From: a virus | Length of the DNA: 64,000 bases | IMG/VR virus record: IMGVR_UViG_3300034033_000050 | Reading direction: 5' to 3' (one strand) | Shown here: positions 39,647 to 49,733 of the stretch, in pieces | Layout of the letters: every line of letters starts with the position of its first letter | Position numbering within the stretch: the stretch's first letter is position 1 | Made by a program: the position numbers and the translations under genes | The notes under the pieces: model-generated | The model's database searches: none | What the model saw: the letters and a program-made list of their open reading frames with translations, nothing else | What the model was told of the DNA's origin: nothing

Positions 39647-39983
39647 ACAAACCTCTTTTTAAAATAATTAATAATTAAACAACTCTGAATTATAATGGCA
39701 CTACATTCTGCACGAATATAATAAACCTTTCAATTCAACTTTATAACCGCCATTATCCACATCCAAAACATAGGTGCACACATTACCTTTTATTTTTACA
39801 ATAAAAGACTCAAGACCACTATGCAATTGCACCATCTTTTTTACTACACAACCCAAACTCATCTGAATTGTAACTTTCACTACAAACCAAACCCGAAAAC
39901 AACACCATCAAAACAATTAATATCTTCATGCCAGCCTCCAAATTATTTAAGTCATTTTAGTACAGCTAAAAAACTGCCTAGTA

Positions 39984-40472
39984 TTAAAAAGCAACTTGCT
40001 TTAAAACCACTTGATTTAAAAATCCTTTAATAGCCCGTTCATAAATTTCATAATGAGCTAATTCATAATCAATTTTTATTTGAGGATTATTAATATCCCC
40101 ACCATATTCACCATCAAGCAACTGATGAGCCCCATCGCCATCATCAAACTGCTCTTCCACCAGCTTGCTTAAATCATTCGCATGAGCTATATCATCACAA
40201 TGATCATAATCAGGATAAAATTTCTCTACAAAATCCCATTCACTTAAATAGGTTGCCTGGCTTTTTATTCGGAACTTAACAATGAAATCAACAACCAATG
40301 GGTCATGCCTATATGGACTATCAAAAAATACTACCTTAAGCGTATCCAGACAAAGCATAGCAACTGTTAAAACAGTATTTTCTGCATCATCAAAAAAAAC
40401 ATTAACCCTTTGATAATTATCATCATTAACAATACCCAGCTTCACACATCCAATCTTCTTTTTCATACTCAA
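39984..40472 (-). CDS. hypothetical acidic protein
   Basis: GT-N5-TATTAT upstream. Confidence 0.7.
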   Translation of the reverse strand: MSMKKKIGCVKLGIVNDDNYQRVNVFFDDAENTVLTVAMLCLDTLKVVFFDSPYRHDPLVVDFIVKFRIKSQATYLSEWDFVEKFYPDYDHCDDIAHANDLSKLVEEQFDDGDGAHQLLDGEYGGDINNPQIKIDYELAHYEIYERAIKGFLNQVVLKQVAF

Positions 40473-40510
40473 TATTCTGTTTAATTATGACATAATAACA
40501 AGACTAAAAA

Positions 40511-40792
40511 TTAGTAAATCCAAGTTTCATAAATCCGAATATTAACTTCAACGTCCTCGTTAGGAACATCAGACTCAAGACCAACACAAACATCTCTAAA
40601 AGCCACATCATCAAACAACACAATATCAGGCATCTTTACTACGAATTGATCAAAATGCTCGGCCAACATCCTTTTAAGACGTAAATAAAATGATTTCTTG
40701 CCCGCCTTGTCATCATAGACATTTTTAACAACGCCAATGACAGGCGTTTCACCACGATCTTTGTCCATTACCACAAAACTCTTTATAGCCAT
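40511..40792 (-). CDS. hypothetical protein
   Basis: GGAG RBS. Confidence 0.65.
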   Translation of the reverse strand: MAIKSFVVMDKDRGETPVIGVVKNVYDDKAGKKSFYLRLKRMLAEHFDQFVVKMPDIVLFDDVAFRDVCVGLESDVPNEDVEVNIRIYETWIY

Positions 40793-40831
40793 TCTAACTC
40801 TCCAAATTTACGATAAATAATTATATTGCAC

Positions 40832-41728
40832 CTACAAATCCACCGAAACATGACCGCCTAAAATACCAACATCAGAAACAGATTGTACGTTTTTCAATTG
40901 GTCGTCAAAAAAAATATCTGCCCCAAAAGCTTTTACAAACTCACCTTTATCTAAGCCACCCAAAAACACAGATTCATCCATCCTTAAACCCCAATGCCTT
41001 ATAGTTTTTAGAACCCTTTTGTGGGTTGGGCTACAGCGAGCCGTTATCATACAAGTACGAATTGGCACATCATCAATCCCAAAACAAGATTGAATATCAT
41101 GCAAACCAGACAAAAAACCTTTAAACAAACCATCTTCTAATGGCACGTTTTCATTTGCGACTTCGTGTTCTGTAAAGGCTTTTAATCCACCTGACTTAAA
41201 AAGACTTTCAGAAGCACTAGAGAACAATACAGCATCACCATCAAAACCAATTCTCAAGGGCTCATCATCACACTCATTAGAAACAAAAGACCCATCAACA
41301 CGTAAATGCGCTGCCGCTATACCATTATCAAGACAGCTTTTAACTTCCTTGGCATGGGCTGACAAAAACAAATCAACACCATAAGCTTTAATGTATTCAC
41401 TTCTTGAACCACCTTTAGTAAAAGCACCTTTTTGAATATTAAGTCCATAATGTTCAATTGAATTAAAAATCCGTAAACCAACATCACCATGATTCCTAGA
41501 AACCATCACCACTTCAACTAAGGCATCCCCAGTAACAGGGCTTTTAATATTTAGAAGTTTTTCCACAATCCCAAATGCAACTCCCTTTTTGAGAATTTTA
41601 GTTTCGTTTTGAATTTGATAATCCCGATATTCATCCACTCCTTTGGATAAAAATAATTGATGTTCACTATCAAGATTAAATAAAACCCTTGAACTTACCG
41701 CTATTACCAATTTTGACATAATATTCAC
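40832..41728 (-). CDS. 5'-nucleotidase (cN-I-like family)
   Basis: LVIAVSSRVLF, LRIGFDGDAVLF, ITARCSPTHKR, IFFDDQ. Confidence 0.85.
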   Translation of the reverse strand: MNIMSKLVIAVSSRVLFNLDSEHQLFLSKGVDEYRDYQIQNETKILKKGVAFGIVEKLLNIKSPVTGDALVEVVMVSRNHGDVGLRIFNSIEHYGLNIQKGAFTKGGSRSEYIKAYGVDLFLSAHAKEVKSCLDNGIAAAHLRVDGSFVSNECDDEPLRIGFDGDAVLFSSASESLFKSGGLKAFTEHEVANENVPLEDGLFKGFLSGLHDIQSCFGIDDVPIRTCMITARCSPTHKRVLKTIRHWGLRMDESVFLGGLDKGEFVKAFGADIFFDDQLKNVQSVSDVGILGGHVSVDL

Positions 41729-41739
41729 CTATACTTGAT

Positions 41740-42252
41740 TTAAGATATTATATGAATGCCAAGAATCCGCATCAAATGCAAGGCTTGAGATTTAGCATCA
41801 TTCAAAGCATTATGCTTTTCCCCATACATTTCAAATTCTTCATCAAGCATCAACTTACAAGCAGTTCGATAACAACAATTATTATGATAGTCCCAAGGAA
41901 CAACTAACCCCAATTGTTCATAGGAGTTTCTTAGTATTACGTTGTCAAAATCAGCGCCATTACCCCACAACTCATCAATATCTCCAGCCCAAACAGAAAA
42001 CTCAACCAAGGCATCCTTAAGGCTCTTAGGTTTATCAAATAAAGCATTGCGAACACAATCATTTTGCTCCATCCAAAATTGGATACACTTACCATCAATT
42101 TGCGAACCTGATTCTAAAGAGCTGCTCAAATCCACATTAATATAAAATTCATCAAGAACGTTCGTTGAATCAAATTTCACAGCTCCGATTGAAACAATAG
42201 CGGCATTACTCTTTGTGCTAAAAGTCTCCAAGTCCAACATTATTTTATTCAT
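41740..42252 (-). CDS. DEDDh 3'-5' exonuclease (Rv2179c/phage type)
   Basis: MLDLET, WGNGADFDNVIL, HNALNDA. Confidence 0.85.
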   Translation of the reverse strand: MNKIMLDLETFSTKSNAAIVSIGAVKFDSTNVLDEFYINVDLSSSLESGSQIDGKCIQFWMEQNDCVRNALFDKPKSLKDALVEFSVWAGDIDELWGNGADFDNVILRNSYEQLGLVVPWDYHNNCCYRTACKLMLDEEFEMYGEKHNALNDAKSQALHLMRILGIHIIS

Positions 42253-42302
42253 TCACATTACCAAATTAAGATAATAGAATTATATACAAACGATGATTTG
42301 AA

Positions 42303-43151
42303 TTATGAAGCCCTGGCTATTGGTTCCCAATTTTCCAGATCCTCTTTAACTGCATCAAACTGAAAACCCCTGACTCTCCTTAACCCTGAAACATTATAAG
42401 TGGTTTTAAGATATTCCAGAAAATAAATCCTATCAGGCAATTTAAGAAATATAGCATTTAACTCTTTTACCTTTTTAGGTGTTAACACATCCCATTCTTC
42501 ATCTGTATATTCATGCAACTCACCAGAATAGCACTCAGGCATATCTACAAACACATTAAGAACACTGCCAGCCAATACATCTTTTTTAGCTTTAGTGGTG
42601 GCAGCAAACACACACTTATCAATGGTTAGCTGAGTATCTTTAATACTACAAGAAACAACCAATGATGGTTTCGATGCAACAGTAATATTTCCACCCAATT
42701 TATGCGAAATATTCATATTTACTTGTATTTGCTTCAAACCAGTTTTTTCATCAACTTTTGATTCAATGCTCGTAAAGCTAAAGTATAAATCATGTTCAAC
42801 TAATTTTTTTACAACTGCTTTTTTTACATCTTGATATCTTGTGTGATAAACCAATTCAGGCCTTCCTTTTGCCACGTACTCCAATCTAGCACTACATGGC
42901 ACAATCAATGGATTTGCATTAAAATCAAGGATCGCTTGATTAAGTGCCATTTTTTGAACCTGGCTGACCTGGTGAACGCTATACTCTTTTTTCTTCATTA
43001 ACTGATTAATGATAGATTCATAGTTCATCGGGCCACAATCATCAGTTGTAGCAACATCGTCCAATACAGGCACAGCTGCAAATTTTGGTTTACTAGGACC
43101 ACGATAATATTTCTTACCACGATACTTTCTATTATTTTTTGATTTTGGCAT
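42303..43151 (-). CDS. putative ERF-like ssDNA annealing protein
   Basis: YQDVKKAVVKKLVEHDL...ISHKLGG...AATTKAKK pattern with C-terminal helical tail; next to the exonuclease. Confidence 0.45.
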   Translation of the reverse strand: MPKSKNNRKYRGKKYYRGPSKPKFAAVPVLDDVATTDDCGPMNYESIINQLMKKKEYSVHQVSQVQKMALNQAILDFNANPLIVPCSARLEYVAKGRPELVYHTRYQDVKKAVVKKLVEHDLYFSFTSIESKVDEKTGLKQIQVNMNISHKLGGNITVASKPSLVVSCSIKDTQLTIDKCVFAATTKAKKDVLAGSVLNVFVDMPECYSGELHEYTDEEWDVLTPKKVKELNAIFLKLPDRIYFLEYLKTTYNVSGLRRVRGFQFDAVKEDLENWEPIARAS

Positions 43152-43178
43152 AACTTACTCCTATTTATTCAACATCAA

Positions 43179-43460
43179 CTAACTACAAACAAGCGTTTGT
43201 TCTAACTCATCTTCACTAAGAACCTCAAAAGGGTGCTTCATTTTTTCATTGTCCCATGAAACACAACACGTTCTCTTAACTCCGAAAGCCTTAAGCTCTA
43301 ACTCTTTTTTTCTAACATCAATGATTTTATAAAAATCATTAGATTTTATAGATCCCTTTAATTCCTCAACATCAGTTGCAAATCGGACCCATTTTCCAAT
43401 ACTGGACTTAATAACACTTATTGACTCACAAACCTTGTTACCGACCACAACGACCTCCAA
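43179..43460 (-). CDS. hypothetical protein
   Basis: Motif promoter at 43477. Confidence 0.6.
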   Translation of the reverse strand: MEVVVVGNKVCESISVIKSSIGKWVRFATDVEELKGSIKSNDFYKIIDVRKKELELKAFGVKRTCCVSWDNEKMKHPFEVLSEDELEQTLVCS

Positions 43461-43496
43461 AACTATTTATTAACGAATTATAATGAGGCGTTAATA

Positions 43497-43691
43497 TCAC
43501 AAATCAGAAACACCAGTAAGTGCATATTCATCAATCCAATTCTCGCCACATGACTCACACTCGCACTCACTAGTTGCACCCATAGATTCTGCCTGAATAC
43601 GCCCAGCACTTATGTCTTCAGATTTACAAAAAGGGCAACAACTTGGAGCTACCAGATAACTTGCTTTTTGCTTACTTGTTAATATACCCAT
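43497..43691 (-). CDS. small Zn-ribbon protein
   Basis: CPFC and CESC; GC-N5-TAAAAT upstream. Confidence 0.7.
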   Translation of the reverse strand: MGILTSKQKASYLVAPSCCPFCKSEDISAGRIQAESMGATSECECESCGENWIDEYALTGVSDL

Positions 43692-43822
43692 TTATTTCTC
43701 TACTACAGTTCAGTTTATACATTTTATAGATGCTAAAAAAAAAGCAGACCATTACAGCCCGCTTTAAAGGATCACTTTTTATTATTATTATCGACCCACA
43801 CCCACTAAAATTATTATTATTA

Positions 43823-44038
43823 TTATTTATCTTCCTTTATACAAAACCTATAAATCACCAAAAACAAATTCAGCACATTTATAATAACGTCCACAGTACT
43901 TGCCACCAAGCCCTGTGATCCAACCAACCCAGAAACATCCTTTAATCGCTGTATATCATCAGCACTTAATTCAATCTCTATTTGCTCCAATCCATCAGGC
44001 ACATTACTTTCAATTACATCCAATGCAAACATTTGCAT
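43823..44038 (-). CDS. hypothetical protein
   Basis: GT-N5-TATAAT at 44069. Confidence 0.6.
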   Translation of the reverse strand: MQMFALDVIESNVPDGLEQIEIELSADDIQRLKDVSGLVGSQGLVASTVDVIINVLNLFLVIYRFCIKEDK

Positions 44039-44109
44039 AAAATATCACCTGTTTAACCTAAAAAACATATTATAGACCGACTATTAATTCAGAATAAAGC
44101 CATTAAAAA

Positions 44110-44925
44110 TCAATCCTTAAGGGTTTTAACCAGAGGTATGCCATTAGCTCCTGATGGTATGTATACGGTTGTATGATTAGGGGAATCCGCCATAGCTCTC
44201 TGAGCCAAAATCGCTTCATGCTGGAGGTACTTTAAAGAGAGGGTAGAGTTAATAATCTTCTGTGCTTCAGCAATACCACGAGCTTCTTCAATTCTGATTT
44301 CAGCATCCTTTTTAGCAATTTGTCTTTGAGTTTCTTTTTCATCGAGCAATTGTTTGGCTGCTAACTTTTTTTCAACCGCTTGGGTCACTACTTTCGGATA
44401 ATCAATGTTTCCTACAACTCCAGATATTGCAACAAAAGGCGTTCCTTTTAAATACCCTCTAAGTTCCACCATAACAGCTTCTGCTATTTCACTGCGCATT
44501 TCCTTAACTTGTCTTGAATCTAGTTTTTGGACATGTTTTCTGACCATCGCACGCAAAGGCTCTCTGATAAATCTGGGATAAAAATTCAATCCAGCATATT
44601 CCTCAACAACATCCTTAATCGCACCTTTCTTGACTTTTATAATGGATTGAAACCTAAAATAAATATTCAGCTCATCTTTTGCTAAAATATTAAATTCCTC
44701 AGGATAGGTCTGGGGACGAATATCAATGTTCAAAACTTCATTACGGTATAAACTTACACCATAGTTTGAAGGCCCGGTCATAACCCCTCGAAAACCACCT
44801 GTGCCAAACATTCTTGGATTCTCAATCACATATCCTTCAGATCCTGGAGGCGTCATTGGATTACTACACGCTCCCAAACTAAATAAACCCACAAGAACCA
44901 AAATTCTTAAAATTACTTTTTTCAT
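44110..44925 (-). CDS. SPFH/Band 7 domain lipoprotein
   Basis: Lipobox LGAC, AKDELNI, coiled coil with AEIRIEEARGIAEAQ. Confidence 0.85.
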   Translation of the reverse strand: MKKVILRILVLVGLFSLGACSNPMTPPGSEGYVIENPRMFGTGGFRGVMTGPSNYGVSLYRNEVLNIDIRPQTYPEEFNILAKDELNIYFRFQSIIKVKKGAIKDVVEEYAGLNFYPRFIREPLRAMVRKHVQKLDSRQVKEMRSEIAEAVMVELRGYLKGTPFVAISGVVGNIDYPKVVTQAVEKKLAAKQLLDEKETQRQIAKKDAEIRIEEARGIAEAQKIINSTLSLKYLQHEAILAQRAMADSPNHTTVYIPSGANGIPLVKTLKD

Positions 44926-44970
44926 ATTTACACCCCTACTTTACATTAATAAAAATCAAATTAATTTATT

Positions 44971-45213
44971 TTAACTTGAAAAACCTACCATAGCACCGGC
45001 AATCAAAGCCGCTGCCTGACCAGAACTCAACGAACACGTTCTTGGTTCATTAGCTCGCTTAATAGCCCTCTGCAACCTCTGTTGCGCCTCATCTAAACGA
45101 ACTTGGGCACGCCTTATATCTTCCTTGGCAGACAAAACCCTTTTTTCAAGCATCCCAATCATCCTAATTTGATTAGAACTACCAACCTTTTCAACATTCA
45201 CTTTCATGGCCAC
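44971..45213 (-). CDS. hypothetical coiled-coil protein
   Basis: Intact ORF. Confidence 0.6.
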   Translation of the reverse strand: MAMKVNVEKVGSSNQIRMIGMLEKRVLSAKEDIRRAQVRLDEAQQRLQRAIKRANEPRTCSLSSGQAAALIAGAMVGFSS

Positions 45214-45267
45214 AACCTTCTCCTAAAATCATAAAGAACAATAATCCATTGTAATAACACTAAATAC

Positions 45268-45955
45268 TTAACAAATATATTTCCTTTGGGTCTTATCTGC
45301 AACCTGTACATCTAAACCAATTTTAGAAGCATCAGCTTTACCGTTTTTATATGCATCAAATTGCTCTTTACTTACAAGTTTACGCGACTGCACTTTAGAC
45401 TCCTGCATCCCAAAATGCACCTCAACAAGCTCCTTTTTAATTACAACCAAATCTGTTCCCGTTAACGATTCCAAATCCGCCTTGCGCTTTTCCATTTCCT
45501 CCTCAATACGGCGATTTAACTCAACAGCAGCTCCACACTTATAACTATTAGCCATCACACCCTTGTAACCACCTTCCTTACGTAATCTCTCAACCGTTTC
45601 AACCAAATACTCATGGGTATACAAAGCAATAATTGCATCGGCCTCAAACCCCTTAAACTCAACAACCCTAGACCTTCCAGGCCCACAAACACCCTACTAA
45701 TCCACAAACACAATCATTCCACTTAGCAACTATAAGTGCTATTGACTGAATCCAAACTGGCCAACGCGCTTTAGCAGTTGAATTAGAAGACGTGCCAAAG
45801 GATGTCTTTTCTCCGATGTCAGATTCTTCTATCTGGTGCTTATCCATTAAAGACCTAGCCATTTTTGCAGCAACAACGGCTTCTTTAGGAGAGCCAGCAC
45901 AATTAGCCATTGCCAATAGCTTGCGAATCTTATCAATTACTTTCTTATTACCCAT
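45268..45955 (-). pseudogene. DUF2786-family gene split by a 19-bp insertion or duplication
   Basis: KIRKLLAMA...EAVVAAKMA N-terminal domain; the C-terminal half is in another frame; 10-bp direct repeat CCACAAACAC at 45683-45692 and 45702-45711; removing 19 bp gives 223 codons. Confidence 0.75.
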
Positions 45956-46244
45956 TTATCAACGCCTCTATAAAATTAACATTATCTTTTAAATATTCCT
46001 TTAAATAAGCCAAAGTTCGACCTTTTAAAAACTCCAGTCCAAATGGTGCATCAATCACCTTTTGAGCTTTAGAGATACCGTTATACACTAAATCAGTAAT
46101 AACAAAGTGAAGAGGATAGAAGAACCATCTTGAACCCATATCACCACTTAAATCCCAAACATCATCTTTGGTATGGTTTTTATTTCCACCTTCAATCTGA
46201 TAATCATCTCCATCTGGTGTAACTAGTAACAACTTATACGACAT
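45948..46244 (-). CDS. hypothetical protein
   Basis: Motif promoter at 46273. Confidence 0.7.
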   Translation of the reverse strand: MSYKLLLVTPDGDDYQIEGGNKNHTKDDVWDLSGDMGSRWFFYPLHFVITDLVYNGISKAQKVIDAPFGLEFLKGRTLAYLKEYLKDNVNFIEALING

Positions 46245-46299
46245 CTCATCACCTTAATATTTTAATTAAGACATTATAATTTTGCTAAAAATACACAAA

Positions 46300-47064
46300 T
46301 CAGGCCACCTTTAATTTAATTGATTCTATTTCACACATTAACCCACATGAAATATTTGGTTCTTTCAATATATTCCCTGCATTCGGTTCTAATTCATCTA
46401 AATATATAGATACTCTGCCATGTTTTGTTTCTTTTCTAATAATTGAAATACCAATATCGCGTTCCACACTGGCCATTCTATTGAAAACACTTGGAAAATG
46501 TTCCCTGATCAAGTTCCAATAACCCATCCCGCCTTTTGGACACCCAATACAATTATTATTTAAAAATCCCAACGTATACATTACTGGAATTTCAATACCT
46601 GCCTTTTTCAACATTCCCAAACAGTCATCTTTAGTTAACCACTTCTCAATCAATATGGTTCTAATCATTCTTTCGGGATTGTGTTCTTTGAATCTAGCAA
46701 CTCTGTGCTTTTCTTCAATCGTGTATCCAAAATACTCAACATCCCCAAACTCAATATATCTTCGTGCAACCAGCTTTTTTAGCTCAGTAGTGCATCTAGC
46801 CCCACTAGGCCCAACAAGATATTTAGTTTTACTGAATACATCCCATATATCAGTATACTTATCAGATTTTAAAATTAATATTTTCTTACCGAACCATTTC
46901 TCACAATCCTTTAAAAATCTAATATTATCAGGATGCTCTGAACCTGTATCTTGATATATAATCTCAATATTAGGGTTTTCTTGTAGTAGTAGCTTGGTAG
47001 CAACAGCACTCGCCGCCCCACATGAGAACCAAGCTATAGTTTTATTATCATCCACAATACCCAC
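46300..47064 (-). CDS. PAPS-reductase-like (PP-loop) protein of the phage type
   Basis: FSCGAAS PP-loop variant, EHPDN, CTTELKK, NNCIGCPKGG. Confidence 0.75.
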   Translation of the reverse strand: MGIVDDNKTIAWFSCGAASAVATKLLLQENPNIEIIYQDTGSEHPDNIRFLKDCEKWFGKKILILKSDKYTDIWDVFSKTKYLVGPSGARCTTELKKLVARRYIEFGDVEYFGYTIEEKHRVARFKEHNPERMIRTILIEKWLTKDDCLGMLKKAGIEIPVMYTLGFLNNNCIGCPKGGMGYWNLIREHFPSVFNRMASVERDIGISIIRKETKHGRVSIYLDELEPNAGNILKEPNISCGLMCEIESIKLKVA

Positions 47065-47421
47065 CTATAGAAATCTAAAAGACTTAATTAATGATCCACA
47101 AACACTGCCACCACCTGTAGAATTGCTTTGCTTAATCTCAAGATGACAAGGTATCCAGCCTGTAGAGCGCCCAATGTAAAATCTAGCACTACTTCCATCA
47201 TGATAAAAAACCTCAACACGCCTACCTTCATGCCCAATAAACGGCTGATACAATCCTGTTTTACTCTTAAAACCACTATTTAAATGCCGCTCCTTAACGA
47301 CATTAACAACATTATTGTATTCACTTAACATCTTCATAGTGCCCCTATACTTAGAAACAACACTCAAACCAAGCTCAGTGGCCAATTTATTAAGTCGCTC
47401 ATAAACAACATCAAAACCCAA
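47065..47421 (-). CDS. hypothetical protein
   Basis: Intact ORF abutting the PP-loop gene. Confidence 0.6.
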   Translation of the reverse strand: MGFDVVYERLNKLATELGLSVVSKYRGTMKMLSEYNNVVNVVKERHLNSGFKSKTGLYQPFIGHEGRRVEVFYHDGSSARFYIGRSTGWIPCHLEIKQSNSTGGGSVCGSLIKSFRFL

Positions 47422-47552
47422 ACAACAAACAATCCTCTTCCTTTATATACATAACATCTTTTATATTTAATATATTCATATATAACTCACTTTTATTAAT
47501 ACAACCATTGCCTTACACCTCAAGTATAACTCAACGAAAAACCACACAACCC

Positions 47553-47852
47553 TCAATTATTTCTGATAGCCGACTCTGCTTTTTCTATGACACCAGACTC
47601 TAGACCGCTGAACCACAAAGACCAATAGAGTTTTGTTTCATCATTAGCATGTTCCAAGCCAATTGCCACAAGCTTCTCTATGTCTTGCTTATATGCATCA
47701 GTATCAGACATAAGCATTTCAGCTATTGCATTATTTAAGTGATTGTGACCAGCCTGTTTTATTTGCTTTGAACCCATCATTATCTCCACGATATTTAATT
47801 TATGATTAATCATAATCACACTCAAATTAAAAAGGTAATAACATTCACTCAC
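47553..47852 (-). CDS. hypothetical protein (true start probably later)
   Basis: Intact ORF. Confidence 0.5.
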   Translation of the reverse strand: MSECYYLFNLSVIMINHKLNIVEIMMGSKQIKQAGHNHLNNAIAEMLMSDTDAYKQDIEKLVAIGLEHANDETKLYWSLWFSGLESGVIEKAESAIRNN

Positions 47853-47969
47853 TAGCTCGAATATTTATGTATACATTAACTTTATTCCTTGCTTACAGAA
47901 CAAATCAACGAGCGAGTGAGTCACAACGCTATTTCCATACTTTCAACTGAATTTGATTTTAAGGTCAGG

Positions 47970-48254
47970 TTAGTCAGAAACACTACAACGCGGTAAAAAG
48001 CAATCCCTCAATTTAAGTTCATCACGGTCAAAACACCACTTTATCCCCAATACATCATGACGAAAATCATCAGAATTGGACGTATAGAGTTTTCTGAAAT
48101 CCAATCCAATATCATGGTTATTAACCAAGGAAAGGTCCATTACAACATCCATAAACAGGTCCTCAGATACTAAACGCATTGAAACAGAGCGATTAGCACA
48201 CTTAGACACAAGCTTTGCATCACCCAAACATAAATCAAAATTCTTTTCTTTCAT
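47970..48254 (-). CDS. DUF6874-like protein (start re-set to MKEKNF)
   Basis: MDL...LDF..L...DDFRHDVLGI...DCFLPR pattern; GGAG RBS. Confidence 0.6.
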   Translation of the reverse strand: MKEKNFDLCLGDAKLVSKCANRSVSMRLVSEDLFMDVVMDLSLVNNHDIGLDFRKLYTSNSDDFRHDVLGIKWCFDRDELKLRDCFLPRCSVSD

Positions 48255-48267
48255 AAAAACTCCAAAA

Positions 48268-48594
48268 TTAAAAATAATCACTAGATATACTAGATAACCA
48301 ACGATCCTTAATAGAGTCCCTTAACTTAAGTCGCCCAACATAAGCAGTAAGTCTTTTCTTGGCAGCATCCAACTCATCACGCTTGCCAATTTCAACTGCA
48401 GAATTAGGACATTTGCCAAACCCGGCAATTGATTCACGCATCATGTTAGGAGAAAACTCAACCACACAACCGCACTCAAATTCTCTTTTCTCATTCCAGT
48501 GCCCATTGATATGTTTATTTCTCCTGCTTTCAGAACAACACGGGCTCCCACAATCTGGGCACAATTTACTTGTTATATCTTTTAATAAACTCAT
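48268..48594 (-). CDS. hypothetical Cys-rich protein
   Basis: CPDC, FECGC, CPN. Confidence 0.7.
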   Translation of the reverse strand: MSLLKDITSKLCPDCGSPCCSESRRNKHINGHWNEKREFECGCVVEFSPNMMRESIAGFGKCPNSAVEIGKRDELDAAKKRLTAYVGRLKLRDSIKDRWLSSISSDYF

Positions 48595-48641
48595 TTTAAT
48601 TCCTTCAAATAGTTAATAATTACAATTACACTATAAACACA

Positions 48642-49355
48642 CTAAACAACAGTCTCATAATCAGCCAACATAAATGCCTTGCTATCATAAGACACGCCAT
48701 TAATACGATTGACTAGAGACAAGCAAAACCTATCCTTGTAGACCTTTAACAAAGACTTGCCCTCTGGGAATGCATCACTTGCAGAATGTTTGTATATAAT
48801 TTGATGTGAACACGCAGGTACAAGTACAGAAACAAGCTTATTGCTATCTATAATTTCTACTATTGTTCTTATTTGGTTTAATACGTATGCATTTAATATC
48901 AGCTCAATAGATTCAATATGACACAAATATTCTGAAACCGCATCCATTTCTCTTCTACCAAGAAGATAGCCAGAGATAGAGTAGGGATATTTGTCTACAT
49001 CAAACAACACAAGTTGCTTTTCAAATCCGTTAAACATAACAGTACCGCCATCTTCTTGGATATCCGAATACTCAACATAAAAGCCACTACCGTCTAAGCT
49101 ACAAGTAAGCCTAAAAAACCGAGTATGTTCATATTTAAAAAACTGGTTACGAACCACTTCATCAAAATCATTATCAGTACCACCAACGTCCGTAAGAAAC
49201 TTATCCAAAATATCATAATCTTCAATACAAATGTCTTTAGCATCTACAACATAGATAGCACCATCATCACTAATGACGCCCTTCTGAACTAAAACCAAAT
49301 TCCATTCTTCAGAATCAAAATTATCCTTATCAAAAGCATATACCTTATTACTCAC
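48642..49355 (-). CDS. hypothetical acidic protein
   Basis: GAGG RBS; TATAAT at about 49388. Confidence 0.7.
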   Translation of the reverse strand: MSNKVYAFDKDNFDSEEWNLVLVQKGVISDDGAIYVVDAKDICIEDYDILDKFLTDVGGTDNDFDEVVRNQFFKYEHTRFFRLTCSLDGSGFYVEYSDIQEDGGTVMFNGFEKQLVLFDVDKYPYSISGYLLGRREMDAVSEYLCHIESIELILNAYVLNQIRTIVEIIDSNKLVSVLVPACSHQIIYKHSASDAFPEGKSLLKVYKDRFCLSLVNRINGVSYDSKAFMLADYETVV

Positions 49356-49454
49356 AACAACACCTCGAATTAAATTATTAATAAAATATTATAGCTAAAA
49401 GAGAAATCCAACAATACAGACAAGCATAGTTGGATTTTCATTTACAATTTAGGA

Positions 49455-49733
49455 TTAAGCTCTATAAACCTCATAAGAGGTAATGGTAAAATCCTCACCG
49501 CTAGAATCACCTAATTGGATCAATGACTTTATTGCCCTCTCATCCAATCCAAAAAAGAAAATATCCTCATCCACAAAGGTATCACCATCATCTAAGTCCA
49601 ATTCTTCATAAATAAGCGATCCCTTAAAATAATCACAATCAGAATTTGCTGGTTTAAAATAACCATCAACTTGAAAAATCTTTGGCAGGGTAATATCTGT
49701 TAATTTAGGCAGCTCACTTTTCACATCATTCAT
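49455..49733 (-). CDS. hypothetical acidic protein
   Basis: GGAG RBS; GT-N5-TATAAT at about 49758. Confidence 0.7.
   Translation of the reverse strand: MNDVKSELPKLTDITLPKIFQVDGYFKPANSDCDYFKGSLIYEELDLDDGDTFVDEDIFFFGLDERAIKSLIQLGDSSGEDFTITSYEVYRA

Noticed and set aside
48852-48866. AATTTCTACTATTGT, matching the first 15 nt of a Cas12a repeat handle
   Set aside because: The stem-closing AGAT is missing; single copy, antisense within a CDS
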